DNA from: Macrostomum lignano
Lineage: Eukaryota
DNA length: 64,000 nucleotides
NCBI GenBank assembly: GCA_002269645.1
Contig: NIVC01000252.1
Coordinates: 22,789-86,788, forward strand
Reading direction: 5' to 3'
This document shows, piece by piece, positions 18,530-31,526 of this stretch. Below the pieces are notes generated by a model that saw nothing but the letters and a program-made list of their open reading frames with translations, did no database searches and was not told the DNA's origin. Positions within the stretch are counted from its first letter, which is position 1. Every line of letters begins with the position of its first letter. The position numbers and the translations under genes are program-made.

Positions 18530-20405
18530 GGGTGTTAACTTAGGGGGGAGATGTGACATAGTGACACGATGAACTTTGCAATAGGTTGCATGCACTGTAG
18601 TGTTGACTCACTAGCAGTGGAGTTGTTATTGATCGGCTTAGAGATTGTATTTTATTCCACCCCACCCAATGCGCGCGTTTGAATCTGTCTGCACCCACCA
18701 CCTCAGTGCTAAATAAATAGCCTAGCTCTCAAGCGAGCACCTTTTACTCACTCCTGCAATTCCACACTTCTGCCTCGCTAACAAAGTTATCACAGTATTG
18801 ATGCGCAAAACCAGCTATTGTATTCTATTCAATTTTCGAGAGGTCAAAATTCCAAAACGCAAATGAGTCACCTTCCCAAAATAACCTGTTTACCCCAAAA
18901 TTTTACTATAAATACAAGCCAAAATCCGAGCTAAAAATCTCAGACTCGGAGCAGCCTCTAAAGATCTTGGAGCTTGCTGGAACAGCTAAGCGAGGCTACA
19001 ACTCTGAGGAAATACGTACATACCGTTCGGTAAGCTCTTGTTCGAGCCTTTGTTATTAAATTGATTTTAAGAGCGATTTTATTGCCGGCCGTTGCTGATC
19101 AGTTGATTATACTGAAACTATGTAGTTTGAGGCCTCCCCTTTTCCTAAGGGATTGGATAGGATCTGCGGACCGATTCCGATACCCTTAGAGGATTATCGA
19201 GTTGATTGATTTTGGTTATCCTAAATTAACCGATAGGAGCACACCACTCCGGTTCCGTTATTTCTAGAAGACGCCCTTCCTCGAGGACCTCGTTATTGTT
19301 ACAGAAAGTTGATTTGCTATAAAGGGCGCATTGTTGATATTGATTACTGAACCTAAGGCCTATATTGATTTTGTATTCGTCGCCAGAGTTGATTGTTACG
19401 CTCCCACTTTCGGCCGATTTTAGACTTCAAGAAGATTCCTCCAGAGAAGAAGAAAATTTGAAGAAGCGAACCCTACAAACGCGCGCAACAAAGAAGAAGA
19501 AACAAGGAACGAGCTCGGAGAACCTGCCCAACAAAGAAGAGGAGCCCGCAACAGTAAGTGCACTACATTTTGTTCCCAGGCTTTAGAGTCTGGAAGTGGG
19601 AGTTCGAGCGTTTAGACACTAGACCTAATTCTCTCTCTCTCTTTCTCTCTCTCTCTCCTTTCCCTCTCTCTCTCTAGTGTGCTAAAGCGAACTCTTCAAG
19701 CACATGTACAAGCATGCAGGCACGCACCCACAAACACGCTCACACAGGGTGTTACAGCGGCCCTGATTGGTTAATTTCTAATCGTCAGGCATGTACACTC
19801 TCGGTGTACATGTATATCCTCCATGTACATCCTCGAAATCGAATGCGCAATTAGAGTCGGACACATTTATGAAATCGATCACAGCATGAAATGTGAACAT
19901 ATAATTATCGAAGTTCAAGTTCGAATGTATGAAACTTCAACGCCAGAAGAAGATTGCTGTCACTGCACATTTACTGTAACGGTTTTTCGTGTTTTTCTCT
20001 AGCTAATAAAGTCTAAAATGGGGTCGGCTGTTGCACATTAAACCATTTTGTGCCAATTGCTACCTGCATGTTTAACGAAGCTCAGCTCTCAGATTCAGTT
20101 TCAACGCTTCAAGCTTGACAGTGTAAACATAAAAAGTTTCAGCTTTAAACCTGCTTTATTTTCGCTCATGCACCTTCAATTCACTATGGCTAATCCACAA
20201 AATATTCAACCGACCACCTACCTGTGCACAGGCGAGTCAAGAGAGTGGGACGCGCAATTAGCATGAAATTAGCATTGCAAACTTTCTCAAGGCTTGGCCC
20301 TGGTTAGCATAAAACAACTGAACGAAGTTAATTAGAAAAACGTAAAGTATTCCTGCTCTCTAGACGGCAGTAAAACAAGTCAATTGGCAGAGTGGAACCT
20401 TGAAA

Positions 20406-20981
20406 ATGAACTCCTTGAAGTTGACGTCCTGGCCACTGATCCTGACAGCTGTTCTATTCATCCCAGCTCGACTTGTCACCGCCCAGCGGCAGTGGGAATT
20501 CGGTCACTCCTCGAACTACCGCCACAGAGACAACTGGGTGAGCAGGCGGCTTCCCTGTCCGCACGACTCAGCCAGCCTGCCGAGAGCCGAATCCCCCAAC
20601 CTCATCGGCCTGTCCCGGCCGCTGCTGGTCCAGCGAAAGCTCCTGCTGCCGGCCGAGGGCGAAACGGCGCTGATTCTGTTCGACGGTGCCGGGCTGAAAG
20701 CGTTCGACGAAACGAGCGCCAGTGGCAGCGCGGGCAGCAACAGCGAAGATCAAAAACGCTGCTCGAGTGACGACCGAATCCGTGACGCTGCTTACAACCT
20801 GACCGAGCCGCTTGATTGGTTCCGGCCAGACAACTGGGCTCGCAGCCAATCACAGCGCGAGTTCTTCGACGCCCTGCCCGTGGACCGCCTGCCCGGCCCC
20901 TGCGACTCGGTGCGCTTCAAAGATGACGCGACGTACTTTGTGAAGATGCTGGGACGCGGGGAGACTGTGACTGTTGGACAG
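20406..20981 (+). CDS. AMN: Amnionless homologue, exon 1 (signal peptide and N-terminal ectodomain)
   Basis: Signal-peptide-like MNSLKLTSWPLILTAVLFIPARLVTA; NWVSRRLPC, LLPAEGE, DWFRPDNW and VDRLPGPCDSVRF align with recalled human AMN motifs (NWSQNRTPC, LLPLDGE, WHDPHLW, AERVPCRHDDVFF); donor CAG|GT, phase 0. Confidence 0.85.
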
Positions 20982-21272
20982 GTTTGTACTGCAATGCAAT
21001 GGGTTGCCAGCTGAGTGGATCATAAAGTTAAGCAGATTTAGTTTGGGTTAGTACGAAGGTGAATGGACTGCTTACGTCAGCTTGCTGTTTAATTGAAAGT
21101 TCCGTCTTTTAACTTGTTTGAGTCCACAAAAATTGGCCAAGAGGTTGTCCTGAAATTCACAGTCATTAGGGTCAACCCCAATGTTATAAGTCAAAAAGGT
21201 TTGTCAAATTCACAAAGTAACTTCAGAACTTCAGACTCCTCACACCACCACTCATCCCGATCTCACCCGAAG

Positions 21273-21828
21273 CTGGAAATCTGCGGGCGCACTTTCACGG
21301 GCGGTGAGTCGAACGACGATTCATCCAAGCGGCTGCAGGATTTCTGGCGACAGTCGCCGCTGGCCAAGCGGCAGTTCCTCTGGTCCAGCGGTGAAGACTC
21401 GGACGATCCGCCGTTCAGTCTCGGTTTGTTTGGTTCAGGAGATTCCAGAGACTGCGAAGTTCCCCTGCCAGTGCAGTCGGCCAGTCTGATGTCGCGGGTC
21501 TGCTCCGGTCTTGTAAACGCCGAGGCAGCCCCGTGCTCGAATCCGATCCCAGCTGCCGAGGTCAGCGGGGCCTGCACCGACCTGTGCGGCAGCGTTGCGC
21601 TGCTGATTCGATCGGAGACGATCAGCCTAAAAAAATTGCTCAACCAGCTGCTCAAAGCTCTGCAGGATAAGCCAGCCAGTCTGAGACTGTCTGCTTTCAG
21701 AACTTCTCGCATCGAACCGACTTACCAACTGGTGCTGCGGATAAGGCGGCATGCGAGTGACGGCGGCGGCTCAGCTGATGCTGGGAAGCTGAGCGTCATC
21801 AAAGCGCTGCGCTGGCTGGAGAGCAATG
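21273..21828 (+). CDS. AMN: Amnionless homologue, exon 2 (Cys-rich/VWC-like and SEA-like region)
   Basis: LEICGRTFT continues VTVGQ (AMN: VRSISALGRTFT); CSNPI...CTDLCGSVALL (AMN: CCDLCGAVVLL); donor G|GTGGGT, phase 1. The acceptor (AAG) is weaker than the others. Confidence 0.82.
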
Positions 21829-22441
21829 GTGGGTTTGAGCCATTGTGACACACAATAATGTTTAATCTTTAACAACACTTTGAAAAAGCCTCGCCTGCAA
21901 CTGCATGTCGCGCATCCTGTGCGACTGGAACTTACACTGGCACCAGTCTGAGATTGAAGGTTTACTCCTGACAGCCTGGCAGTCTGACATCCCTGTCTAA
22001 CACTCTCACACCTAATCCTCTGGCCGTAGCCCAGTGCCGTGGTCGAGGCGCTCTGATGTGCCAGCGGCCCAGGCTCGATTCCAAGTGCAGTCACATTAAT
22101 TTGGGGCTAAATTAGAATCTCGGCTTGGCTCTGCTCGTGCAATTAACGCCTTTGAGGACCAACCCCCAAGGCACAGTGAAGAGTGTACGTGCCTAACGAT
22201 AAAATAAAGTTAGGGCCGCTGTACACTCCTGTGTGAGTGTGTGCCTGTGCGTATGACTGCGTACGTATCCGCGCGCTTGTGTGCCTGCTCAGGGGAGTCG
22301 GCGGAATGAGCAGCAATGCCTCTCGCCGGTTGTGTGACAATGTCGCTTAAAGTGCGCCAGGGGTTGCACTCGATCCTGCATCCTGACACTCCTGTCTAAC
22401 AGCCTTTTACATTCAAGCCTAACATGCTCCCACACCTGCAG

Positions 22442-22616
22442 CAGCTGGCATGCGCTTCAGCATCGTGCGGACCCTCAAAAGTGGCGACATGGCTGCCTAT
22501 GCAGCCAGAACCGGCGCGCTTTCCGGCGGAGCCGCCGCCTCTCTGACCGCCAGTCTGATTGTCATCTTCATGCTACTCATAGTAGGAGCTGCAGTTTTTG
22601 CCATCGTTTTCATTGG
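22442..22616 (+). CDS. AMN: Amnionless homologue, exon 3 (transmembrane helix)
   Basis: Acceptor ctgcag; ...SGGAAASLTASLIVIFMLLIVGAAVFAIVFIG; donor GG|GTAAGC, phase 2. An alternative NAGNAG acceptor 3 nt downstream is also in frame. Confidence 0.82.
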
Positions 22617-22982
22617 GTAAGCTTATAAACAGTTCTTAGGAACTTTTTACAGGGCTTAGTTAGGGCTAAAGCTTATTTAATGGTCAAACCTCAAGTCACG
22701 GAAAGTGAAAACATTCTTGACGATTAGAGTGTCACCAGTGGGGCCACTGTACCCTGTGTGAGCGTGTGTGTGTGCGTGAACTATTTGTACTCATGTGTGC
22801 TCATGCAGGAGCCAGTTTGTCTAGTGGCTGTCTAATGTATAGTTGTCTAATTTTTGTCTAAATGTCTAAATGTATTCTACAGTCAAAGAAGTTCAAAGAA
22901 TTTCTTTGAGCTCCATCACTTAACGAAGAGAGCCTGAGTTCCCCTTTTGTCACACTCTGAAACCTTTCGACTTGAACTGCAG

Positions 22983-23125
22983 GCGCAGGCGAGGCTGGGC
23001 CATTCACTGCGACATTCATCCTCGCCGCCTGTGGCAGCAGTGGCTTCTGTGGCGGCATCAGACTCTCGAAGAGACTGCTGGAGTTGAGTTCTCGACGGCT
23101 TCTGGAACAGTTGGATTCACTTCTG
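22983..23125 (+). CDS. AMN: Amnionless homologue, exon 4 (juxtamembrane cytoplasmic)
   Basis: Acceptor ctgcag; basic stop-transfer RRRGW; donor G|GTTGGT (phase 1) reconciles the phases of exons 3 and 5. Confidence 0.72.
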
Positions 23126-23218
23126 GTTGGTGAACCTTGATGTTAATCATCATTGTCATCATCATTGTCATCATGCATGTAGTTGCCATAATCAAATTAT
23201 CCTCAAACAATTTCACAG

Positions 23219-23376
23219 GCAGTGACAGCATCTGGACCAGTAGCAGCAGCAGCAGTCAGAATCAGGCAGTTTCTGTTGCCATGGCCTTCACCAACCCGAT
23301 CTATGATGTGTCCCAGCCGGACACAGCGGACGTTGAAGCCAAGGATGAGTCAACGGTTGCCGATCACGAGCTGTAA
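23219..23376 (+). CDS. AMN: Amnionless homologue, exon 5 (tail with FTNPIY endocytic motif)
   Basis: Acceptor tcacag; ...MAFTNPIYDV...DHEL*; the five exons total 1608 nt (535 aa plus stop). Confidence 0.8.
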
Positions 23377-24529
23377 CGATTTCTTCTTAAATTGAAATTC
23401 AGAGAGACACTATCTGGATTTCTGTTACAAAATACATAATATACATGATACATAATACCGCTCAGTTAATTGTATCTAGGCGGGCAAGGTACAGTAAACG
23501 AATGCATTGATTTTATGCTTCGTGAATATAATTAATTACGAGCGTTATCGCCTCATCATCATCAGGGAGGGAAGCTTTCTCAACATAATTGCCCCCCGAT
23601 TGCACGCACTTCTCCCAGCGACGAAACAAGCAATCAATCGCATCTGCATAGATCTGTCGCGGAATCACGTAAATTGTTCCGTATTTGTCGACTTTTAGCA
23701 GTTGATAGCTAGCAATCACAAAATAAATTAAATAATCGTACATTAAATACCTGTATATCATGTAATAAATTACCACATGCAAATTCTTCCATCATGCAGC
23801 AAATTTACACATTGCTTTCTGGCACCTTTTGCAAAAGCAGTTAATATATGGAGCCCATGTACCACATTCAATTCTAATGCTTGTAGCTTGCTTATGCGAA
23901 CTGATCAAATCCAACATATTTGTACTTGAGGAAATTGAGATACGTGGAATGGGATTGGGGGCAGCAGGAGATAAAAAGAGGCTTTAAATTCCTCTTTAAT
24001 TGGGCCTGAGGGGGTGTGGGATCAAAGAAAATACGATTATATATTTCATAAATGAAGAAGCTATGCACACATGCACATTTAATGTATGCACATGTACCAT
24101 ATGTACCGTTGTCCATAGCTAGTACAGTGGCATAAAACTTTTCAAATGAATAAAAAACTGAACTGCAAAAGGAATACAGATAAATTTTAAGATTAAGACT
24201 TGCCTTTTATCTTCGACTCAGATTTCCATTTCCCATTTAAGTTAATTCATCATAGTCTAAATATTTTGGCGTAAATTAAACGTTTTATTTGTAATACCAA
24301 CGTCTTCGCCATAAGTCTGGAGCGATCAACACACGAAACGTTCAAATATTGATCAGAGGGTTTGTTTGAACTCATATTGCTTCTTAGAAATTCAACAGCT
24401 GATTCAATTTTTTTCAGTGGGCTTGAAACATGCGCAATTTTTACATTTTGTTAACTTCACGATATATTGGCTGCTGTATTGTCATATTTAAATAGGAATC
24501 AGCCATTTTTAAGTTTTGCGAGGAATAAA

Positions 24530-24668
24530 ATGGTTGCGGCGTTTCCTGTTGCTAAATTAGCTTACCTGGGGATTAGGCAACTCAGCAAACCACTAGCAAA
24601 TTTTATAAGAGATCGAGCACGAGCAAGTCCTTTTTTTAAAAAATATGTGTGTATGCCACCAGCACAGT
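24530..24668 (+). CDS. OPA3: Optic atrophy 3 protein homologue, exon 1
   Basis: [24 protein letters not shown]...[12 protein letters not shown] matches the OPA3 N-terminus; donor T|GTAAGT, phase 1. Confidence 0.93.
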
Positions 24669-27462
24669 GTAAGTATTTTTGTAGTGTGGGTGCAACAAAG
24701 CAAGGTTTTTGTTTTTGTTTTTTTACAGAATATAGTTTTGTACTTATTTAATTTTTGCCTAGGCCTATTTAATTTTAGAACAGGAACTGAGTACCAAAAA
24801 TTTGTGGCATTAAGGCCTAAAATTAACAATAGGCCTATTATTAGGCAGTCTGCAATAGTGACAATACTATTTGTTTCCATCTCTATATAGGCCTAGCATT
24901 ATTTTTTATATCTAGCTTTAATTAGGCCCTATTATATGGGCTCCCTTTGCTAATTTCTATCTATAGCTTTGCCTTGGCTAGGCCTATCAACTTCTCATTC
25001 TCAATGATGATTCTATTCTAGCTATAAGCTATGGACCATAGTTTGTATCATGTAGGCTATTAGTGTACATTAGGTTTTATGCTAAATATTATAAGACATT
25101 GTTTGTATGCTAGGTTTATATGCCAGTGCCAATACAAAAACAATTGTTATCCCTATTGGAATAAAAATTGACAACCTGCAGATGTGCACTTTAGAATAGA
25201 GTCAAATTATTTTACCGTGCTTTAGCATTATTAGAGATGTTCCATTGCAATTGACGAAATCGTCCATTTCAATCTGTTGAAATCAAAATTCGAAAACTTT
25301 CCAAAATTGAAATTGAACTTGAAATTTTCCGAAATCAAAATTCAGAAAAACAAAGTTTAATATGACTAACACTTACTTTTTTTACATTTTGATTTACTGC
25401 TTATGTTGTGTCACTACACGTGATCAAACAGCTCCTTAAGATTGTTCTGCAGCGAATGAGCCTGGAGATGGTGTCAGCCCACTGACCGGACTGACTCCGC
25501 TACTGAGCGTGGGATTGCGTCGAGGTAAGGCAGTCAGTCCGTCCCTAGAGCGTACGGTACCCACTTTGCTCGAGACCCAAATGATTAATGAACACAGACA
25601 TGAGTCTTACTTTGATTTCTAATTGGCATGGCGGTGAGCAAGGCAGCGAGTTCATCAATTAGTAGTATTGAGATTTTGATATTGAAGTTTGTTGATTCTG
25701 CAGAGTCTAGTGTTAGGTGTCGATGGGCACACGCTCACCCTGCCCACCGCCAGCAATTCTCTATTTATTTAGGCTGCCTGGCATAAGCCCTAGGGTCTCA
25801 TGCCAGATAGCATTATCAACAACCAACTTGTTGGCCAATCACCAATTGACAAGGGACAAGGGAATTGACAAGTGCTAACAAAAAGGGGGAGAGAGGGACC
25901 AGGCCAGCCAATCCAGCTGGGTACGCATAATAAGAGAAGGGGGCAGAGAATAAGGGCTGATACATAACTGGGGGGGGGGTTTAGTGCAGTCAGAAATGGG
26001 GGGCTGACGCAAACAGAATAGGATGGGGGCGCAGGCACGCGGCTGGGGGGTGGGAGTGCAGAGCCGGGCACACTTTGACCAAGAGCCAGAGATTGCTCAT
26101 CGGTGCAAGTGCAACCGGGCACAACACCCTCCCCCACCACAAAAAGAGAGTTCATACTATAGACTAAAGTTAAAGTGCATAAAAGTCTTGCACTCTCAAC
26201 ATCAGTTGGGCCGGCAGGGTCTTTGCCATGCTCCGCTGCCAGCCAAGTCGCCACTTTTGGTTTTCCCGGGTTTCCCGCAAATGGTGCCAATGATGCCAGC
26301 AGGAGCCACTCCGAGGGCAGGACAGCGATGCGTCGCGCATGCCAGCAGCTGTGTACCAGCCGAGCGGTGACCTCAAACTTGAGGCCCTGTAATGTAGGTA
26401 CAACCACAGAATGTCTCCAGGCCAGTCCGATGACTCAGTGATCAGAATGCGACCTTTCATGAAGCCATTGTCACCGAGAAGTTGCATGAACTCGTCCCAG
26501 ACCGACACACCCTGCTCGCCTGAAACCCGGCGCCGTTCCCACAGTCGCACCAACAGAGGCAGTTCTCACTCCCTGGCCAGTTGCACTTGCAACACAACCA
26601 CTGCTTTTCGTTGCTCCCAGTCCAGTGCCGCATTCCGCCCATCCAACTCGGCTTCCCCAACCGCGATCACCCGCGGCCACCCACCAGCCAGGAACCGTCA
26701 GAGATCGGCTTCTATCGCAGGTAGGAGTGGCGCGGCCGCTGCTCTTAGGCCAAGTGCAAAAAAGATTCGGGCGTCCCCGATGAGTTGGGCAGTTGCAGCA
26801 TTTGACGGACACTGGCAGTATGGTGAATTCACTATAGCAACGCAGGCTTCTGGGATGCGATCTTTTCCACGTGTAGCAGGTCATGACGATCCGACATTGC
26901 AATTGCCAGCTGATTCGGCACAGGGTCTCCAGAGTAACTCTGCCACTAACCAATGCGTACAATAACCAGCTATTTGTATTATTTCCCCATACGGTACCCA
27001 GCAGTTACGAGCGCACTTGAGAACTCTCACATAGCACATATTTCCGACAATTTTTATTCATTTTTATTGTTTTTATTTGACTCAACGCCCTGACTGGGCT
27101 GCTCAGGTGCCCAGCTCAGTCAGTACAATATTGGGCTACCGAACCGTTGAGGCGGGACACCCCTATTAGCATGAGCTGGGCACCCTTGGTGTACCGGAGG
27201 AGGTTCAGCCTGACCTTCTGGGTGGGTCACTCTTTGAGCCCAAATGGCATCCAGTTCGTAATCATCATACGCAGCAGCCTGCTCAAGATCGGGCATCGTC
27301 GGCAACGGGGGATAAGGTGGTTCCTAGCGGGAGTGTCGCTTGGGGTCCCTGACCCTACCCTCTGCACGACGTTTTTCCCGAGCCAGTGGGCGCCATTGCT
27401 TGGAGTTTGCGTCAACTTTCCTCAAGTTATTGTAATGTACGACTCTTGGCCTACAAGCCCCT

Positions 27463-30400
27463 TCATGCATAATTTTGAAATTTACATCGGAAAATCAGAA
27501 AGACTCGCGCTGGACCTTTCCAGTAATGGTGGAATTTCGGTATTTCGTTTGGTTTTATCACCAGATCATACTCTAAAACCAGGTCTCCCTCTCGAATTTC
27601 AACGCCGCGAGCTCGACCGTCGTAGAACTCATTCTGTTTCCGCTGGTAGGTTCTGAGGTTCTCCCTCACTGCCTCATGCGCCTGCTGAAGATTGTCAGCT
27701 AAGCGATAGGTGAACTCTGGGTAACTCTCAGGTATCCGCTCACTTAAGAAATCTATATCAACAGGGAGCGGCATCTCTCGGGCAAACATGGCGTAATGCG
27801 GTGTGTATCCAGTGCCTCTGTACACACCGGAGCGGTACGCTAGCAGCCCTGGGGCAATGCAGTCTTCCCAGTCCTTATCCTCTTGCTCTAACTGGCACAT
27901 CAGCATGTGCTTCAGCGTGCGATTGAAACTCTCTGCCTGGCCGTCGGCCATCAGATGATATGGTGTTGTTCGGCATTTGCGGATGTCTAACAGCGTGCAT
28001 CCCTATAGGAAAAAGTTGTAAAACCGCGGACGGTGTCCGGCGCACTTTTGAAATTTTTCTAAAGTGCAGCGCGCGCACAGGCGCATTGCCTGCGCGCGCG
28101 CTGCCCTTTCTTACTGGCTGCTGCTCTAGCAAATACATATACATGTAAATGGGTATAATACCTCTATTGAAGGGGCTTATACACTCGTAATTTATTAAGC
28201 TTAGAGATGCTCCGAAAATTCAATTTCAATTTTCCAAAATTTGAAATTTTTTAGAGCAAATTTCATTTTCGAAAAAAATTAAAAAAGTGAAAATTTTGGT
28301 AGTGTCTAAAAAGTCGCTAAAAAAAATACTTTCTACTACATATACATGTATTACTTTTTGCTTAAGCAGTAAATTGAAAATAGAAAAGTAAGTGTTGATC
28401 ATACTAAACTTTGTTTTTCTAAATTATGATTTTAGGAAATTTCAATTTTGATTTTGGAAAGTTAGCGAATTTTGATTTCGACAAAACTGCAGATCTTTCG
28501 GAATATCTCTAATAATCCTAAAGCGCGGTAAAATAGTTTGACTCTTTTCTAAAGCGCGCATCCGCGGGTTTTTAACATTTATTCCAATAGGGGCGTGCAT
28601 AGACTCTTCATCAGGGCTGATTCAAAATTTGATCCCTGGTCCGTGACAATCTCCCGAGGGCAGCCAAACGATGAAATCCAGTGCGTGAAGATCGCATGGG
28701 CCACTGCCTTTGCCCTCTGGTTGACCAACGGGACAGCGCAGGGCCACTTGCTGAATGAATCTTGAATAGTTAACACAAATCTTGACCCCTTCTTCGACTT
28801 AGGTAGCGGTCTGACTATGTTGCACATAATCCTCTGACATGGCGCGGAGCTTGGGATCGGTTGGAGAGGTGCTCTGTTTCTTTGCCCTGGTTTGCACTTT
28901 GAGCACACGAGGCATGTCCGGCAGAACTCTTCAACTTTGCAAGACAGTCCCGGCCACCAAAACTGCTGTTTGAATTTCGCTTGGGTTTTCTTAATTCCTA
29001 GGCCTAGGTGACAGCCGCTTGCACCATCATGTAAGATTTTGGCGACTTCCTCGAAAAGACAGCCAGGCAAGACTATTTTTTTTCGCGAGGTGCCTAGAAC
29101 TCGAATTAGGAAGAGTTCATCGTCCACTTCTATCTGATTTCGGTGGGCCCAGATTTCTCTCATGGTTGGACTGATGATTGGGTCAATCTGCGTGTCCTTG
29201 CCATCCAAAAACTGCCTGATTCGTACCAGGGCTGGATCTTGTCTTTGAGCCTCCTTGAGATGATCTTTGTTTAACGGCAAAGCCAGCATTACGTTTACCT
29301 GTTCTTTAACTAGGGGTGGACTGCTGCACGTTGGGCATGAGTCTTGAGCCCAATGTTGTCAAACTTTCTGCGAAAGGCTATCCGCATTCTGATAGAAAAT
29401 TCCCTTCCTGTGCGAGATCTAAGTCGTAACGCTGCAGCGTCTCAAGCCATTTAGCACATTGCCCCTCGACGTCCTTAAGATTTGTCAACCATGAGAGAGT
29501 GCTATGGTCTGTTCGTATCTTAAATTTCCTTCCCAGCAAATAGTACTTGTACAGCTTTACGAAGTGAACTATCGCTAGGAGTTCTAGTCTGGTAGTACAG
29601 TAGTTTCTTTTACAATCTGCCAGCGACATGGATCCATAGGCAATGACGCGCTCTGACCTATCAGGTTGGCATTGTGATAAAACTGCACCAATCCCAATCT
29701 TTGAGCTGGTGTCGGTGTCCAGCACAAATGGTCCAGCTCCCTCGGAAAAGTCTGGATAGGCCATGATCTCCGCTGATGTTAGCGATTGTTTGAGTTCGGA
29801 AAACGCCTGCTGTTGTTCTGGGCCCCAAATAAACTGTGAGTCCTTGCGCATGAGCTTGAACAATGCGGCTGCCTTCACTGAGAAGTCATTCACGAAATTT
29901 CTGTAGTAGGAGCAGAGGCCTAAAAATAACTACACTTCTTTTATATTCTTGGGTGTGGGCCAGTTTCGAATTTCTTCTGTCTTCGCAGGATCTGTCGCAA
30001 TACCTTCAGACGATATGACATGCCCTAAGAACTTGGCTTCCTTGGACAAGAAATGGCATTTCTTGGCTTTCAAGCGGATCCCAGCAGTTCGTAAGCAATC
30101 AAAAACATGCTGCAGCCACTTGAAATGCTCTTCGTAAGACTTTGAAAAAACTATTATATTGTCGAAATATACAAGACACTCTCTCCATGTTAGACCAGCC
30201 ATGACGAGGTTCATCAGCTTGACGAAAGTCGCCGGGGCATTTCTTAGCCCAAAACTCACATATCGCCAGGCAAACTGACCTCTATTTGGAACTACGAATG
30301 CCGTCTTAAGTTGATCTTTAGGGTCTAGCGGGCACTGGTGATAGCCTGAAGCCAAGTCTAGAGTTGAAAAAATAGCATTTCCTGCAAGTGCCTCTAAAGT

Positions 30401-31339
30401 TTCATCCATTCGCGGCGGCAGAAATGGGTCAGGATTGGTTACTTCATTTAGTTGGCAATAATCCAGGCACAGCCTGATGGATCCGTCCTTCTTCCGCACA
30501 GGTACAACCGGGCTGACCCACGGGGATTGACACTCGTAGATCCTACCGCAGTCTATTAGCCTGTCGATTTCTTTATCGATTTCTGGCCTTATGTGCGGCG
30601 GGATACGGCGTGGTGGTTCTCTAGTTGGCCTGGCGTCCCCGATGTCTATGGTATGCATTGCCTGGTCAGTTGAACCCAGCTCGCTATCATCCTTGGCGAA
30701 GACATCTCTGTTCTGACGGATCAACTTTATGAACGACACCTGCTGGTCTTCGGACAAGTCCAGCAAGTCCCAGCTGCCCAGATGCTCTACAGGATCCCAG
30801 TCTTTGTCGAGCGAGACCTGGTTAGCTTGTGCCTTGGGTGCTTCATCATGATTTGGTTGGCTGCCATGGATGGGCGAGAACCAGCCAATCTGCTTCCCTT
30901 TTGTCAGTACTACAGGTTCTCCCGACACATTCGTAATCTTGACAGGGACGGTACTGTCAGCAGAGGGCACGACAATTGACCTAGCTAGCATCACATGGCC
31001 TTCAGTCTGGGAGCGGGTCTCTGCTATTCCTAAGAACCGAAATTCCTTCACTCCTCTCCGACTCAGCTTAGCTCAAATGGTTTGAGACCGATTTGCAGGA
31101 ACTGTTTCCGATTTCGAAATGACTATCCGGCAGAGAAGGGGTCGCTCAGAAGACATACAAAAAGGAAAAGTTCCTACTAAAGTGAAGATCTGAAAGTTGG
31201 CAAAATCCAACTTGGCTGCTTGGCAACGGAAAAAATCTGCACCAAGGATGCAGTGATGCAGTATGTGTGAGACGACGATGAAGGTGTAACAAAATCTATG
31301 CAAGCCAATCGAAAATTCCCCAACGCACTCACCCAGCAC
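27463..31339 (-). pseudogene. pol: Fragmented pol of element 3 (protease C-terminal part, RT, RNase H, integrase)
   Basis: Pieces at 31073-31339, 29930-31051 (LCLDY, FGLRNAPATF, YFDN instead of YLDD), 29378-29893 (RNase H), 28579-29289 (IN HHCC/core) and 27463-27951 (IN); stops, frameshifts and a MITE insertion. Confidence 0.9.
28001..28592 (+). mobile_element. 592-bp MITE (inner copy) inserted in the integrase of element 3
   Basis: TIRs CCCTATAGGA and TCCAATAGGG; 8-bp TSD GCGTGCAT (27993-28000, 28593-28600); removing it restores integrase MKSLCTLLDIRKCRTTPYHLMADGQAE. Confidence 0.92.
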
Positions 31340-31526
31340 ATTTATGACATCGCCATTTGCAACTTGAATATTCTCCTATGTAGCTTGGCTTCAACACGGC
31401 TCAATTCGAGTTCCTCTTCCACGCGGCTACACTTAGCAGGGAGATACTTGAGCCGGAATCTAGCAAGCATGCCATACTTCTTGTTCTGCCTTCAAATATC
31501 ACATCGACAAAACCAAGTTCTGAACC

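Larger units (their letters stand above)
16193..18794 (+). mobile_element. 2.6-kb non-autonomous Gypsy (Mag-like) LTR element lacking RT and RNase H (element 2)
   Basis: 243-bp LTRs at 16193-16435 and 18552-18794 (3 mismatches seen), 5-bp TSD GTATT, PBS TGGCGACGAG, PPT AGGGGGGAGA at 18542-18551. Confidence 0.93.

Noticed and set aside
19000-19756. LTR-like fragment ending GTGTTACA, similar to short pieces near 22218 and 22748
   Set aside because: No matching other end, TSD or convincing PBS could be defined.
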